From assembly GCA_965235115.1 (NCBI GenBank), contig OZ249436.1, positions 6,202,001 to 6,266,000 on the forward strand: DNA of 64,000 nucleotides, given 5' to 3'. Made by a program: the position numbers and the translations under genes. This document shows, piece by piece, positions 50,849 to 63,461 of this stretch. Origin of the DNA: Laetmonice hystrix (lineage: Eukaryota). Within the stretch, counting starts at the first letter, position 1; the number at the start of each line of letters is the position of its first letter. The notes below the pieces were generated by a model. That model made no database searches, was not told the origin of the DNA, and saw only the letters and a program-made list of their open reading frames with translations.

Positions 50849-53800
50849 GACAGAGAGATGTAGCCTACTACAGTATACCCACGAGATTCGGAGAACACGC
50901 CCAACTGTAGACAATGATTGGAATGCATGTCATTGTGTCATTCTGAGACTGGTACGATATGGGACCCACTACAAATGTAGCGCTCATTTAGAGATCATAC
51001 ACCGTAATATGAATTCCGTTGATACCTGAGCGATACTTGTTTTTGTTGTTCGTCTTTTATACATTGCGGGGAACCTTTAACGTTAGCCTTGACACGTATT
51101 TATGTCATGACAAAGAAGTAAAAATAAGTGAAGCTGGAAAATAAATAGGCGACAAATGATCCTATCAGTAGGCTGCATGCATCACCTGCCCAAGAAACGC
51201 TAGAGACTAATAGTGTGACGTCATTTCGAGTTAGCAGTGCATTCATCGTGTCTGGAGCTTCATAAATACACTTGTTAGTTTAGCGGAAATTGTTTTCCTA
51301 TTTTCTAAAGTCGGATCCAGTATTCAGATCATATAGCATTTCCGGTTTCAAAGAACGTATAAAAGTGAAACTGACGTTGGACGTCCACTAGGACTGAAAC
51401 TACTTAGCGACTCGCTATCCTAATTGAAGCAAATCGCGAGCATTGAGCCCTTACAACACATCACCTGATTGGGCGTGGAAGTACTTGTGACTGCAACTAT
51501 ACATTTTGAGCGCCCTTGGGACGGCAAGCAGTCAGTCCACATATAAGTTACCGGACCTCCACGACGGACCTAGTGGCTATCAGAGACAGCGCCTCCCATT
51601 GGCTGCACCCCGGGGACCGGCCACACGTGCTGAGCGCTGATTGGTCCCAAGGAATCGACACCGAGGCGACACCTGTCGGATCAGGATCTTGTCGCTCCCC
51701 ATGATTGCCACACTAAACGGTAAGAATGCGGAGCGGGATAGCACGAACGCTGAATGATATATTATTCCATGAGGGGTAGAGGTACCGAGGTGATCGAAGC
51801 AAGGTTAATTCACTGATATAGATTAATTTGTTTGGGGGAATGCACAACTGATAAAAAAAAGTAACGCATTAGATCCTTTAAGTTTTTGCTTGTGCAAGCT
51901 GACCATTACATTATTAATATTTGGCTGAGATAAAATCCATTTCTAGCAAAAATTCTTATTTCCTGAAATCTTAAGCCACGTTGAACATGATTCCAGTTCA
52001 GCGCGCATTAATTTGATTAGATTGGATAAAATTTTACCTCTGAAATCTTTTCTTTATTTGCATGTTTACCGTTTTTCCTGTTTAGAAAAATAATTATATT
52101 TCTCATTATTTACATGTTGTTGTGGTGGTTTCAATTACTTGCTCAGAAAAATGTGACGGAATATTTGATTTTCGACCAATCCTGTACTGCTAATCAGTGT
52201 TATACTAACCTTCAGGCTAGTACATTGACTTTGACACAGAATAATGTAGAGGGAGAACGTATTTATAAAAAAAAGATACTTGTTCGGTGAAAACATCGGG
52301 AACTGTATACCACGGGTGTGTTCACTCCCACGGAAAGGTTCCCTGGCTGTGTTCTTCAGCAGCAGCCTCTCTACATATAGAATTGGATTCTGAGAATTAC
52401 GGCAAGGTGCTGTGTGTAGTTAAAGGTTAACACATCCTTCCTACTAGTGGCTCTCTCTGCGGGATAACCTATCCACAACCGCAGGCAAGGATGGCTTAAT
52501 TAAAGCTACACCTGGTAATAGTTTTGAGCCAGTTTCAATTTAACTGCTGGGAGATATGATCAGTAATCTTTGTCAGGTAGTAGAGGCTGTGGTAAAGCGG
52601 AAAACACACCTGACACGATGCGACGCGATTATGAAAAGCTACTAATGGTTTTCAGCGAGTGTGAACACACCTGAAGCTCCAGCGACGTGCAGCTCCAAAG
52701 TCCCTTTACAAATAGAAAGACGGCAATTTCGACAAAGACCTCGAACTAGTAATGTAATTAGACTCACATGGTTTGTGGTATGGGTATAATGGCTGGGTTA
52801 GCACTAACAGTGAATAAAGTCAGGCGTTAGGAGTGAGGGCCGAAAGGGGAAAATGTAGTATGTAAATGATTTTTGGACAGCAACTGCCCTCTGACCTATG
52901 ACCTTTGGCAGAACCAGATGAGAGGTTCAGAAAGGTTATATCGCTATTTATCAGTCATTTATGATGTCTTCAACATTGAAAGAACGTAGTGTTTCTACCG
53001 TCCTTGGAGCAGTCCTATAGTTGCGGCTAACTCCTGGAAGGGAGTTTGAGTTGCGTTGACGTTCAAAGAAAGGTAGTCATACACGAATCCGGTACAATCA
53101 CGTCAGAGAAAAGAAATTTGATTTCGGTTGCAATCTTCCCTTTGTTGACAAGTCGGCTACGCGTGAAAATCGAATCTGTACAATAGTAATGACTTTTCCT
53201 ACTCTCCATGCAGAATGGATAATGAAATATCCGTCAAGTAGGACAGATGTAGAGACTGAGGCGTAAGGCTTTTGATGGCATTTCCAAACCAGTGGAATTA
53301 TGAAGTATGAAGGGAGGAATCAATATTGTAAGGAGCACACCGAACTCTAGAATAAAGGATACACATACACATTGACTTTAACATGGATGTTTCATTCCTG
53401 AGGTTTCATTCCCGAGGTTTCATTCCGGAGGTTTCATTCAACGCGACCTGACACCTTCAGACGTCATCCCGGTGATATTCAAAGTAAAAGGTGCCCGGGA
53501 GTGCATGGTAAAATATCAATTCATAGCTCAATTTTGCAGATAGAACTTTCACAAACAGCTCCCATTCAGCGATTTAGATCTGTTAAAAAGGGAAGGCAGC
53601 TCCACCGAATCAAAAATGTGCCCACATAATATAAACACAAATTTAAAAGATTAAATAAGGGTACTAGTGAGGCAAACAACAATATTAGACTGCTAAACAT
53701 GGCTTTCAATAGGCAAGGATACCAGCGTTTTGATCAAGTCCAATCGCTTGCCAACGACCAACAGCATGAAAATAAAGAAATACCTTTCTGTCTCTAGGCC

Positions 53801-54727
53801 TAAAATTCTTTATAATTATGATAGATTAAACTAGGAAAAAGACAGACGCTTATGCTTATGGATCTCGGCAAAATATGTCTTATGTTGATTTGAAGTCTCC
53901 CTGTACCAGACCTACCGAGATTGTTTTAAAGAAAGCCGTAGGGTCTCCCTTGTCACCTCTGGATCCATATAATTTCACGCCCTGTCAGTAGAGATCCCGA
54001 CAGTCTCAGGCCTGTGTCCAGACTCCCGTCACGCCGAGATATCTGAAGTCCGACGGGAGTAGGAAGGGAAGGTCTAGTTTCGTCTGAGAGAGATGAAGGC
54101 GAGGTTATATACTGCACTTACTGTCAAGACACTCCCTGTATACTGACCGACCACATACATACAATGTCTTCCACATGGAAATGTGGCTGTTCCTTTGGTA
54201 CTTTCCGAGACGGCGAACAACACTCCTGTAATAGCGAGTTAAATGAGCCGTGCCATTTGAAATGCTGGATAATGACGAGTTCGGAAAGTGGAAGTCTAAT
54301 TGGTTTGAAAGTAATTACGAGTCATCAACTTGGGAAGTGAATCGTGAATGTTTGAATTATAATCGCTTCTCCTTGAATCGATTCACTAACTTTGTCAGAC
54401 TTTACAAGAAGGCTGGCAGGATGCTGGATGGAGTTGAATATATATACATGTGATTTCTTATAGATACGTTATCTTTATGACTCAGTAAAAATGGTCAGTG
54501 CGAGATACTGGTTCTTGTATTCGCCTTTCACTGCAGCTAACATAATTATATAGAAAACGTTAGAAACATTGGAAGGAAACTAGCCTACAACAGAAATTAT
54601 TTGGTCATATTCGTTAATCTAGAAGGAATGGGAATTGGCTGCAGTATTTTACATCCAACCCCCTTCATTACTGACGATGTGGAATATGTCTGTAAGAAAA
54701 CTGTCAGTATATTACCGTAATACTCAC

Positions 54728-54779
54728 TTGGTGTCATTAACGAGAGAACAGCTAAAACCAAGATCCTTATCAAATCCAT
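54728..54779 (-). CDS. Probable first coding exon (signal peptide MDLIRILVLAVLSLMTP) of the chitinase
   Basis: ATG followed by a hydrophobic core, ending in A|GTGAGT (phase-1 donor). This matches the phase-1 acceptor cag|GG at 23792 and gives [28 protein letters not shown], with a total CDS of 1188 nt. A TATA box and CRE lie just upstream. The 31-kb join is inferred. Confidence 0.6.
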
Positions 54780-54857
54780 GCCAAGCGGCAGTTAACATAA
54801 ATCTTCTCCAAATCCATGTGCCGCACAAGGAATCAATACGGAAGTGGCAAGGAAAGT

Positions 54858-54919
54858 GCTTTATACACTGATACATTCAAAGTTCTCCAGGCGAGAAGAC
54901 AGATGGGCCTTTGACGTCA
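54858..54919 (-). promoter_or_regulatory. Candidate core promoter: TATAAAG box and full CRE palindrome TGACGTCA
   Basis: Minus-strand GTATAAAGC at about 54859-54867, roughly 80 bp upstream of the ATG at 54779; TGACGTCA at 54912-54919. Confidence 0.5.
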
Positions 54920-55222
54920 GGGCTTTATTGAAACGCTACATCGCAACAAGATTCCGTCGTCTTTCGCCTCGTCACGCCTCAATCAGAAGTCTTCCGGGAT
55001 AATTAGGCTACAGGCACGCACCCCCACATGTGTATGCACGCCTAGAACATCGTAAACGTATGCGTACCTCGTGTACCAAAATATTTATGTACATGCACAT
55101 CTACACATCGTGCACACAGCATGCAGGTTACACATCGACAATCACATCGAGTCGAATGTTGCGAGAAGAAAAAATGGTGTTCTGAGATGACGTTGTTTAC
55201 CATACGTAAACAACGTCATCTC

Positions 55223-55542
55223 GGGTCCGGGGTAGCGCAGTGGTTAGAGCATGGAATCTTTGATTCAAAGGTTCTGGGTTCGAGTCACGGCTTCGCCGGA
55301 CTTTCCTGCATAGCAGTGCTCCCGACTGCTTTATCAAAGGCCGGCCGTGTCACGCTTCGTCTATGTGGAGGGGCACGTTAAATATCCCTTGGCATCTATC
55401 GAAAAGAGTTCCTATTATCACGCAATGGATTCCACCGACTGTTAGTTCAAACAGTGTTCTCGCCCTTATCGAGCTGATATAGACCTCTACTGCTGACTGG
55501 GCGTTAAACACCCACTACTCACTCACTCACTCACTCACTCAC
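55223..55542 (+). mobile_element. tRNA-derived SINE, apparently full length
   Basis: Pol III A box TAGCGCAGTGG (55233), B box GGTTCGAGTC (55277), central GCACGTTAAATATCCC..TCGAAAAGAGT (resembles the Meta-type domain), and a GGCGTTAAAC..(ACTC)n tail. Confidence 0.85.
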
Positions 55543-55622
55543 ACCATACGCTATACGACGTCTAATGCACAGATAGATTCCATACCGTTAATTGTATATC
55601 CTGTATATTTATGGTATTTTAC

Positions 55623-55781
55623 CAGGGCCGTAGCCAGGTTGAGGCGGAGGAGGCAGCCTCTGATTCTGGGCCACACATAAACAGCGACCATGCACGAGGC
55701 GCCCTGGAGATGTGACAGGGCCGTAGCTAGGCTGGGGCCTCGGGTGCCTCCTCTGATTTTGGTGGGCTGGCTACGGCCCTG
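55623..55781. mobile_element. hAT-like MITE
   Basis: Perfect 15-bp TIRs CAGGGCCGTAGCCAG / CTGGCTACGGCCCTG; flanks TTTAC/ATTAC; a second left-end copy at about 55716. Confidence 0.75.
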
Positions 55782-55793
55782 ATTACTGCAATA

Positions 55794-56087
55794 CAGGGTG
55801 TACAAAAATATCCACGCCAAACCAGGCAACCTAAGAATCTATGCGAATCAAAAGTTATGCCATTTTTAGTGCAGCAAAGTCACACCCTAGTTCATTAGTC
55901 AGATCCCATTATCTCACAACTAGAACTGGCCACTGTAAAAAGAGACAAATACTTTGCTCCACCAAAAACGGCATAACTTTTGATTTGGTTGACTGATTTG
56001 GATAAATTAAAGACTATTTACATGAAAGACGATTCCCTATCAGGATATGGGGTTGCTTGGCCTGGACATATTTTTTGGCACACCCTG
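55794..56087. mobile_element. Tc1/mariner-type MITE
   Basis: TA|CAGGGTGT..AAAAATAT ... ATATTTTTT..ACACCCTG|TA, with an internal inverted repeat AATCAAAAGTTATGCC / GGCATAACTTTTGATT. Confidence 0.8.
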
Positions 56088-57134
56088 TATTATTGAGTCT
56101 GCCATGGACATTATTGGGGAGGAACTGGGTGTCCCCCGTCCTCAATTAATTCACTTCCTGAGCTTCAGCAGTAAATTTCTAATCAAGCTCCTTCAAGAAA
56201 CCAGGCCGCGGTATTCTGTTAGGGTTATTATAACTTATAAATCTATTCATGTTATTGACCTCTTGACTTGAGAATAAAACATGCTAAGATATAACCTATA
56301 CCGATATAGGAACGTGCCAAGTGCCAGTCTCCCGTACCAGCTGGAACAGTCAAGTCAATGTTCACTCCTTGGGGATAATTCGATATGATTTACACACACT
56401 TTACGAAATAGAATGGAAATCGACTACCGATCCAGTAAGGAGCGGATTAGATCTATATGCCTGCAGCTAAAAATACGACAAAAAGACATTTTCCCTTCCG
56501 TACAGAATATGCAGGGAAGGGAAGGCATTCTAAGAAATAATATAATTTGTGTCAATTTGATGTTATAACACTGTGATTTATATAGGATAACTTTTCTTCT
56601 TCTACGTACCTCTACGAGAGACTGTCGTCTACACGCTACACACAAATACAGTGATAGATAAAGGACTAAAATGCCATGCGTAGGTCAGAACCTATGGTTG
56701 CACACACCCTGTGTCTTACTTCACTGCACTTGGTGACACACCCCGAGTAGACTGTTTAAAACCCCGTGTAACCCCCAGCGGCCTGCGCCGAGTCAATATG
56801 GATGCAGGATGATGTTACGTATTGTCGAGTAAATTGCTCTGCGCCTGCTCTAAAAGCCCGGCTGGACAAAGATAAGCAGCGGATTTTCCAAGGGAAACGA
56901 TGGAGAAAATTTAACTAGCAAAAGCACCTTTTGGCCAAGCGTTAGTGGGGGGAAATGGCGGAGGTAGCCAACTACATCACGCCAAGAAGATCAAGGTTTC
57001 CGGGGCTGATGTGTTTATTGTTGAATAGAAATAATGTCTTTACTCTAAACAAATCTAGTGATAGCTTACTCGGTTGCGATGAATTCTGATCAATTTGCGA
57101 GTTTGTACTGTGATATTATCCGCAGTTATCCGAC

Positions 57135-57998
57135 GTTTACCGTAGGATAGTTCCACTGAGTGGATAACGTCTACAGCAGGCTCTATAAGTTTACCGTAGG
57201 ATAGTTCCACTGAGTGGATAACGTCTACAGCAGGCTCTATAAGTTTACCGTAGGATAGTTCCACTGAGTGGATAACGTCTACAGCAGGCTCTATAAGTTT
57301 ACCGTAGGATATTTCCACTGAGTGGATAACGTCTACAGCAGGCTCTATAAGTTTACCGTAGGATAGTTCCACTGAGTGGATAACGTCTACAGCAGGCTCT
57401 ATAAGTTTACCGTAGGATATTTCCACTGAGTGGATAACGTCTACAGCAGGCTCTATAAGTTTACGGTAGGATAGTTCCACTGAGTGGATAACGTCTACAG
57501 CGGGCTCTATAAGTTTACCGTAGGATAGTTCCACTGAGTGGATAACGTCTACAGCGGGCTCTATAAGTTTACCGTAGGATAGTTCCACTGAGTGGATAAC
57601 GTCTACAGCAGGCTCTATAAGTTTACCGTAGGATAGTTCCACTGAGTGGATAACGTCTACAGCAGGCTCCATAAGTTTACCGTAGGATAGTTCCACTGAG
57701 TGGATAACGTCTACAGCAGGCTCCATAAGTTTACCGTAGGATAGTTCCACTGAGTGGATAACGTCTACAGCAGGCTCTATAAGTTTACCGTAGGATATTT
57801 CCACTGAGTGGATAACGTCTACAGCAGGCTCTATAAGTTTACCGTAGGATATTTCCACTGAGTGGATAACGTCTACAGCAGGCTCTATAAGTTTACCGTA
57901 GGATAGTTCCACTGAGTGGATAACGTCTACAGCAGGCTCTATAAGTTTACGGTAGGATAGTTCCACTGAGCGGATAACGTCTACAGCAGGCTCTATAA
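57135..57998. repeat. Minisatellite, 54-bp unit, 16 copies
   Basis: Unit gtttaccgtaggatagttccactgagtggataacgtctacagcaggctctataa. Confidence 0.97.
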
Positions 57999-58845
57999 CT
58001 CACGTCCCAGTCGTTTCACCGAACCTACGTTGATATTCTACGACATTTGTAATGCACTTCGACGTGATTCAAATTTCCGTTCAGTAATGATATTAACCCT
58101 TGTTTCCGAGTTCGTCAATGTCCACTAGATCTGGTTATCTTGACTGCATATGTAGTGAGGAAACACCTGATCCTTTTCCATTAAAGACCAGAAATACAAG
58201 GCAGGCTTTCATAATTAAAACAGAAAAGGCAATTTTCCCGAGTGATATTTACGATAGCCAAGACAAACCGTGAGGTGGGCAGGTGACTCGACTGGGAGCC
58301 TGTCTGTCTGGATGGAAACCGAGTGTCCCAAGTCCTGCCGTGACCGAGTGCCGTGACCGAGTGCCGTGACCGAGTTCTCTAACACACGTACTGTGATCAC
58401 TTACCCTGACTTGTCCGTCCTGTTCCATCATTTTCAGGCTTCGCACAATATATTCCCTGAGGTAGGCCGCGGACAGGGGGAATCCCTCAATGTGACTGAA
58501 TAATGGTTAATGTCAGTGTTATAACTCAAATCGGGGACCGAGTTCTGTTACAAAAGGTCGTACGGCACGAAGTCTACTCGATCACCATTCCATGTACAGT
58601 TAATGATATCTTGGTAGACCGGTAGACTAGGTCATGATCGATTGGTATGCATCGCTGGAGTTCTTGCCAGTCAAGAAAACATCCCTCTACGATTTCAACA
58701 TCTCTTTCACTTTCAGAATGGTCCAGTTATGATTGAGAGACTGTCAACTGACGTCGTCATCGTAATTTAGAATAAATGGAGTACTGGTAATTCACGGAAC
58801 CAACAAGTCGCTTGAAGGAACACTTGAAATTTGGTTTGCTCGCTT

Positions 58846-59490
58846 TGGACCAACACTGGGCCATCACTGGGACACCACTGGACCATCGCTGGGACACCAA
58901 TGGGACACCACTGGGCCATCACTGGGACACCACTGGACCCTCGCTGGGACACCAATGGGACACCACTGGGACACCAATGGGACACCACTGGGACACCAAT
59001 GGGACACCACTGGACCATCACTGGGACACCACTGGACCATCGCTGGGACACCAATGGGACACCAATGGGACACCACTGGACCATCACTGGGACACCACTG
59101 GACCATCGCTGGGACACCAATGGGACACCAATGGGACACCACTGGGCCATCACTGGGACACCACTGGACCCTCACTGGGACACCAATGGACCATCACTGG
59201 GACACCACTGGACCATCACTGGGACACCACTGGACCACCAATGGGACACCACTGGGCAAGCACTGGAACACCATTGGACCCTCACTGGGACACCAATGGG
59301 ACACCAATGGGACACCACTGGACCATCACTGGGACACCACTGGACCATCACTGGGACACCACTGGACAAGCACTGGGACACCACTGGACAAGCACTGGGA
59401 CACCACTGGACCCCCACTGGACCATCACAGTAGCAGCACTGGACTGGACCATCACAGGACCAGTACTGGACTATCACTGGACAAGCATTG
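58846..59490. repeat. Complex short-unit satellite made of shuffled 11-12-bp variants
   Basis: Variants gggacaccact / gggacaccaat / ggaccatcact. Confidence 0.94.
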
Positions 59491-59663
59491 GGACAGCGAT
59501 CGCAATAAGACCAACAATAACGGTCTTAGAAGGATGAAAGGAATCCAGCCACAACGCCTCCCCTAAAAGAAATTTTCTGCATTGCCCCCAAACCCCCTTA
59601 GCATGGCTCCCCCGAGTGAACCCCCCCCCCTGAAAAACGGCCCTGTAGAAGTAGCACGAGTGT

Positions 59664-59936
59664 TCTTCTCCAGTTTGTGACCATATGAATCCATACTTCT
59701 CCAGTTTGGGACCATATGAATCCATACTTCTCCAGTTTGGGACCATATGAATCCATACTTCTCCAGTTTGGGACCATATGAATCCATACTTCTCCAGTTT
59801 GGGACCATATGAATCCATACTTCTCCAGTTTGGGACCATATGAATCCATACTTCTCCAGTTTGGGACCATATGAATCCATACTTCTCCAGTTTGGGACCA
59901 TATGAATCCATACTTCTCCAGTTTGGGACCATATGA
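59664..59936. repeat. Minisatellite, 31-bp unit, about 9 copies
   Basis: Unit ttctccagtttgggaccatatgaatccatac. Confidence 0.97.
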
Positions 59937-60982
59937 AACCGTATTATTAAGTCAAGTATTCATAACGTGGTCACGATCGAGAAGTTGATTGCTTTCATTT
60001 GGGATTAGTTGGCGGATAGCTTTTTCCTGGAAAGGCCTAATAATGTTGGTGTTGTTATTATGCTAAACGATCTTTCGGAGTATCACCTCATTCAAAATGA
60101 CCTACAATGTAATAACATCAGCGAAGCGGATTTGAAATGATTTGATAAGGCTCGAGAGATTAGGAGAATCTTTTATTGAACATAACACATAGTACGAATA
60201 AAGAGAACAGCTGAACCAGACCATCTGCTGCACTCGGGGCATGATGTATTTTATTGGCTGATTCAGCTGTATTTGTGTATGCATTAATGGGCGAAGCATT
60301 AGACAATCCATTCGTCCATCAGCATCACTCACATCTAATACTTTCATGTCCTGCACACAATGACAACCCAACCCCCTAATGTTCGTCTTGCTGAAACAAG
60401 AATGGGCGATAAAAGGGACATTGTCTTCATTCGTACTCACTCCAGTGAAGTTTCCGGTGCATTTAGATTATGCCGTAATACTAAATATACATGTAATTTG
60501 ATCCATTGATACCTAACCGCCGTACGTATCTTTTAAGTTGGGTCGTAAATGAAGCACATACATGCGGTTTTGCCGTCGGAACCAACCCCATTATCCAAGT
60601 TTCATGTTGCTAACTCCAAGCATTAGATTGAGGGCGGAGAGATGATCTGCTTACGTTATGCCGCTATCCGGGACATTGATTGTGATCATACATAAAACTT
60701 GAGTTTGCTGGCCAGCATGAAGAATGAAGTCCATAATACAAATAGACATATCCTATTTATACATCAACTGGAGCTCACATTCACTGACTGGAAAGTGTTT
60801 ACGCTCAAAGTTTTCTCGCTCAATGGTGACGACGGCGTACTGCCAATGATTCGGTCCGCCTCAATCTCGATACACGAGGGCCTTTTTTACGGCGCGGCCT
60901 TTAATATAAATATATCGTGTTAGGAAGGGAAACGCCAATCGCTGCCTCAGTATAAAATACCTGGCTCATATCGTGGCACTTT

Positions 60983-61811
60983 GCTTGCTAACTACCACTG
61001 AAAGCTAACTGCCACTGCTTGCTAACTACCACTGAAAGCTAACTGCCACTGCTTGCTAACTACCACTGAAAGCTAACTGCCACTGCTTGCTAACTACCAC
61101 TGAAAGCTATAACTGCCACTGCTTGCTAACTAGCACTAAAAGCTAACTGCCACTGCTTGCTAACTACCACTAAAAGCTAACTGCCACTGCTTGCTAACTA
61201 CCAGTAAAAGCTAACTGCCACTGCTGGCTAACTACCACTGAAAGCTAACTGCCACTACTTGCTAACTACCACTGAAAGCTAACTGCCACTGCTTGCTACC
61301 TACCACTGAAAGCTAACTGCCACTGCTTGCTAACTACCACTGAAAGCTAACTGCCACTGCTTGCTAACTACCACTGAAAGCTAACTGCCACTGCTTGCTA
61401 ACTACCACTGAAAGCTAACTGCCACTGCTTGCTAACTACCACTAAAAGCTAACTGCCACTGCTTGCTAACTACCAGTAAAAGCTAACTGCCACTGCTGGC
61501 TAACTACCACTGAAAGCTAACTGCCACTACTTGCTAACTACCACTGAAAGCTAACTGCCACTGCTTGCTACCTACCACTGAAAGCTAACTGCCACTGCTT
61601 GCTAACTACCACTGAAAGCTAACTGCCACTGCTTGCTAACTACCACTGAAAGCTAACTGCCACTGCTTGCTAACTACCACTGAAAGCTAACTGCCACTGC
61701 TTGCTACCTACCACTGAAAGCTAACTGCCACTGCTTGCTAACTACCACTGAAAGCTAACTGCCACTACTTGCTAACTACCACTGAAAGCTAACTGCCACT
61801 GCTTGCTAACT
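60983..61811. repeat. Minisatellite, 34-bp internally dimeric unit, about 24 copies
   Basis: Unit gcttgctaactaccactgaaagctaactgccact. Confidence 0.97.
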
Positions 61812-62274
61812 ATCGTTGAAAGTCTGTAAGGTGGAAGAAGATTGGTGGCAGAAATGGCCCCAGACATAAAATGGACAGGCAACATACATGTACGGCCTCA
61901 GGCATGGCGGGACGTAGGGAGGCACACCATGCAGGATCTGAAGAGTGCCAGTGACGACTGCCTCAGGCACGGCGGGACGTAGGGAGGCACACCATGCAGG
62001 ATCTGAAGACAGTGACGACTGTCTCAGGCACACTAGTTACATGTATTATATAGACAACCTGTTCTCCCCACTTTGTTGACCTGTCTACTGATGACCTATG
62101 ACAATGGTCGACATGACAGTCACCTGTGCCAGATTTACTGTCTCCAGTAAGACTGAGTGGCCGTTCTCAATCCATCTGCCGTCCATCTGCCACTATACAT
62201 TACGGTCAGAGTTGATCGGTGAGGGAATTCGATTGTGGCGCTGGACAGACTTGAGCAAATCCCCGAAACCCCGC

Positions 62275-62475
62275 GTCACTTCCGGCGGGGCCGACGGGTC
62301 CCCGCCGTCGGCCGGTCACTGCCGGTGGGGTCAAGGGGTGCCCGCCGGCGGCTGGTCACCTTCGGCGGGGTCGAGGGGTGCCCGCCGGCGGCTGGTCACT
62401 GCCGGCGGGGCCGACAGGTGCCCGCCGTCGGCTGGTCACTGCCGGCGGGGCCGACGGGTGCCCGCCGCCGGCCGG
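62275..62475. repeat. Degenerate GC-rich tandem repeat, about 40-bp unit, about 5 copies
   Basis: Unit gtcactgccggcggggccgacgggtgcccgccggcggctg. Confidence 0.88.
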
Positions 62476-63387
62476 GGCAGTACCAAGGTCCCGGCTGAAG
62501 AATGTTACAATCTCCCTCTCTGGCGTCCCGGATCAACCCAAGCCTGATGGGCGTGGTGCCAGGGGTCGATCACCGTCGAGTAGGTAGACCTCTCCACCCC
62601 TGTCGTACTGCCCCCAGGGGAGGGTGGCAGCTGGCCCGGCGAACCCTCCCCACCCTACCATCTCCACATACCCAGCTCGCCATCGATCTACGCCACATTA
62701 CGGCAAACCGGAGCAAATCTGGCACCGACAGACTTCCTGTTTTACTGTGTGTATGAGGGCAGCGGAGATTTACTCTAACTTAGCCCTAGTGGTTCGACTC
62801 TTGGGAAGGGAAGGCTCCTGAAACATTTCATGCACCTCTGCTGCATGGCTTTGCAAAGGAATTTGTATGACGCATCAGAGAAAATTCAAATCATCCAAGC
62901 CTTTCTGCCACCTAATTAAAGTACTCTTTGGTCGGGAAAGGGCTCTCTTGATTTAACTTTAAAAGTCGTGTTGAGACAACATTAAGATTAAGGGCATGGG
63001 AGGGTCAAGGGGGCAACTGCCCCCCCCCCCCCCGGATTTCCAGTTAAAAAAATATTATTGGGCCTAGATCCCCAATATTGACCCTGATATTGACACCGTC
63101 ACATCTTTGTCAGGCATCTCACCTGGCCTGTGTAAACTTTCTCTTCTCTCCGTGGAAGGATCCACTGACCATACCCCCGCCACGCCGCCACCCACAATTC
63201 AACACACGTTAAAAAACTCCTTTTATTTCCAACCATTTGGCTAAATTCTATTGGGCAATAAAATTTCACGAGTGGTTGTTTTCTATTGACCTTCCGTGCG
63301 AAGCTTCTGCCGGTCTGCAAGAGATCGATTAAAGCATATGACGTTTTGAAAAAAAAGTTAGGTGGACCTTTCTTTCATGGGATTTAG

Positions 63388-63461
63388 TAGGGCTGAAACG
63401 ATACACTTGTGCCACGATACGATACGTATCACGATACAACAAACGATATATCTCACGATAG
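63388..63461 (+). mobile_element. hAT-like element end fragment
   Basis: TAGGGCTG terminus followed by repeated CGATAC subterminal motifs; no partner end found. Confidence 0.4.

Noticed and set aside
6051..55010. TAGCCTA/TAGGCTA as 3-nt excision footprints
   Set aside because: About 7 were seen, which is roughly the uniform-model expectation for two 7-mers in 64 kb.
55223..55297. tRNA gene
   Set aside because: A and B boxes are present, but the cloverleaf is poor and the sequence continues into a SINE body and (ACTC)n tail.
57055..57966. 303-aa ORF of 18-aa repeats (VELSYGKLIEPAVDVIHS)
   Set aside because: It coincides with a 54-bp minisatellite; a unit divisible by 3 with one stop-free frame produces this automatically. 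There is no ATG start and no supporting exon structure.
58405..58456. Possible small minus-strand exon (cag|..EYIVRSLKMMEQDGQVR|GTAAGT)
   Set aside because: Splice-like signals only, with no homology or partner exon.
58767..59932. His/Trp/Thr-rich and other periodic ORFs
   Set aside because: They are satellite-derived and open in several frames on both strands.
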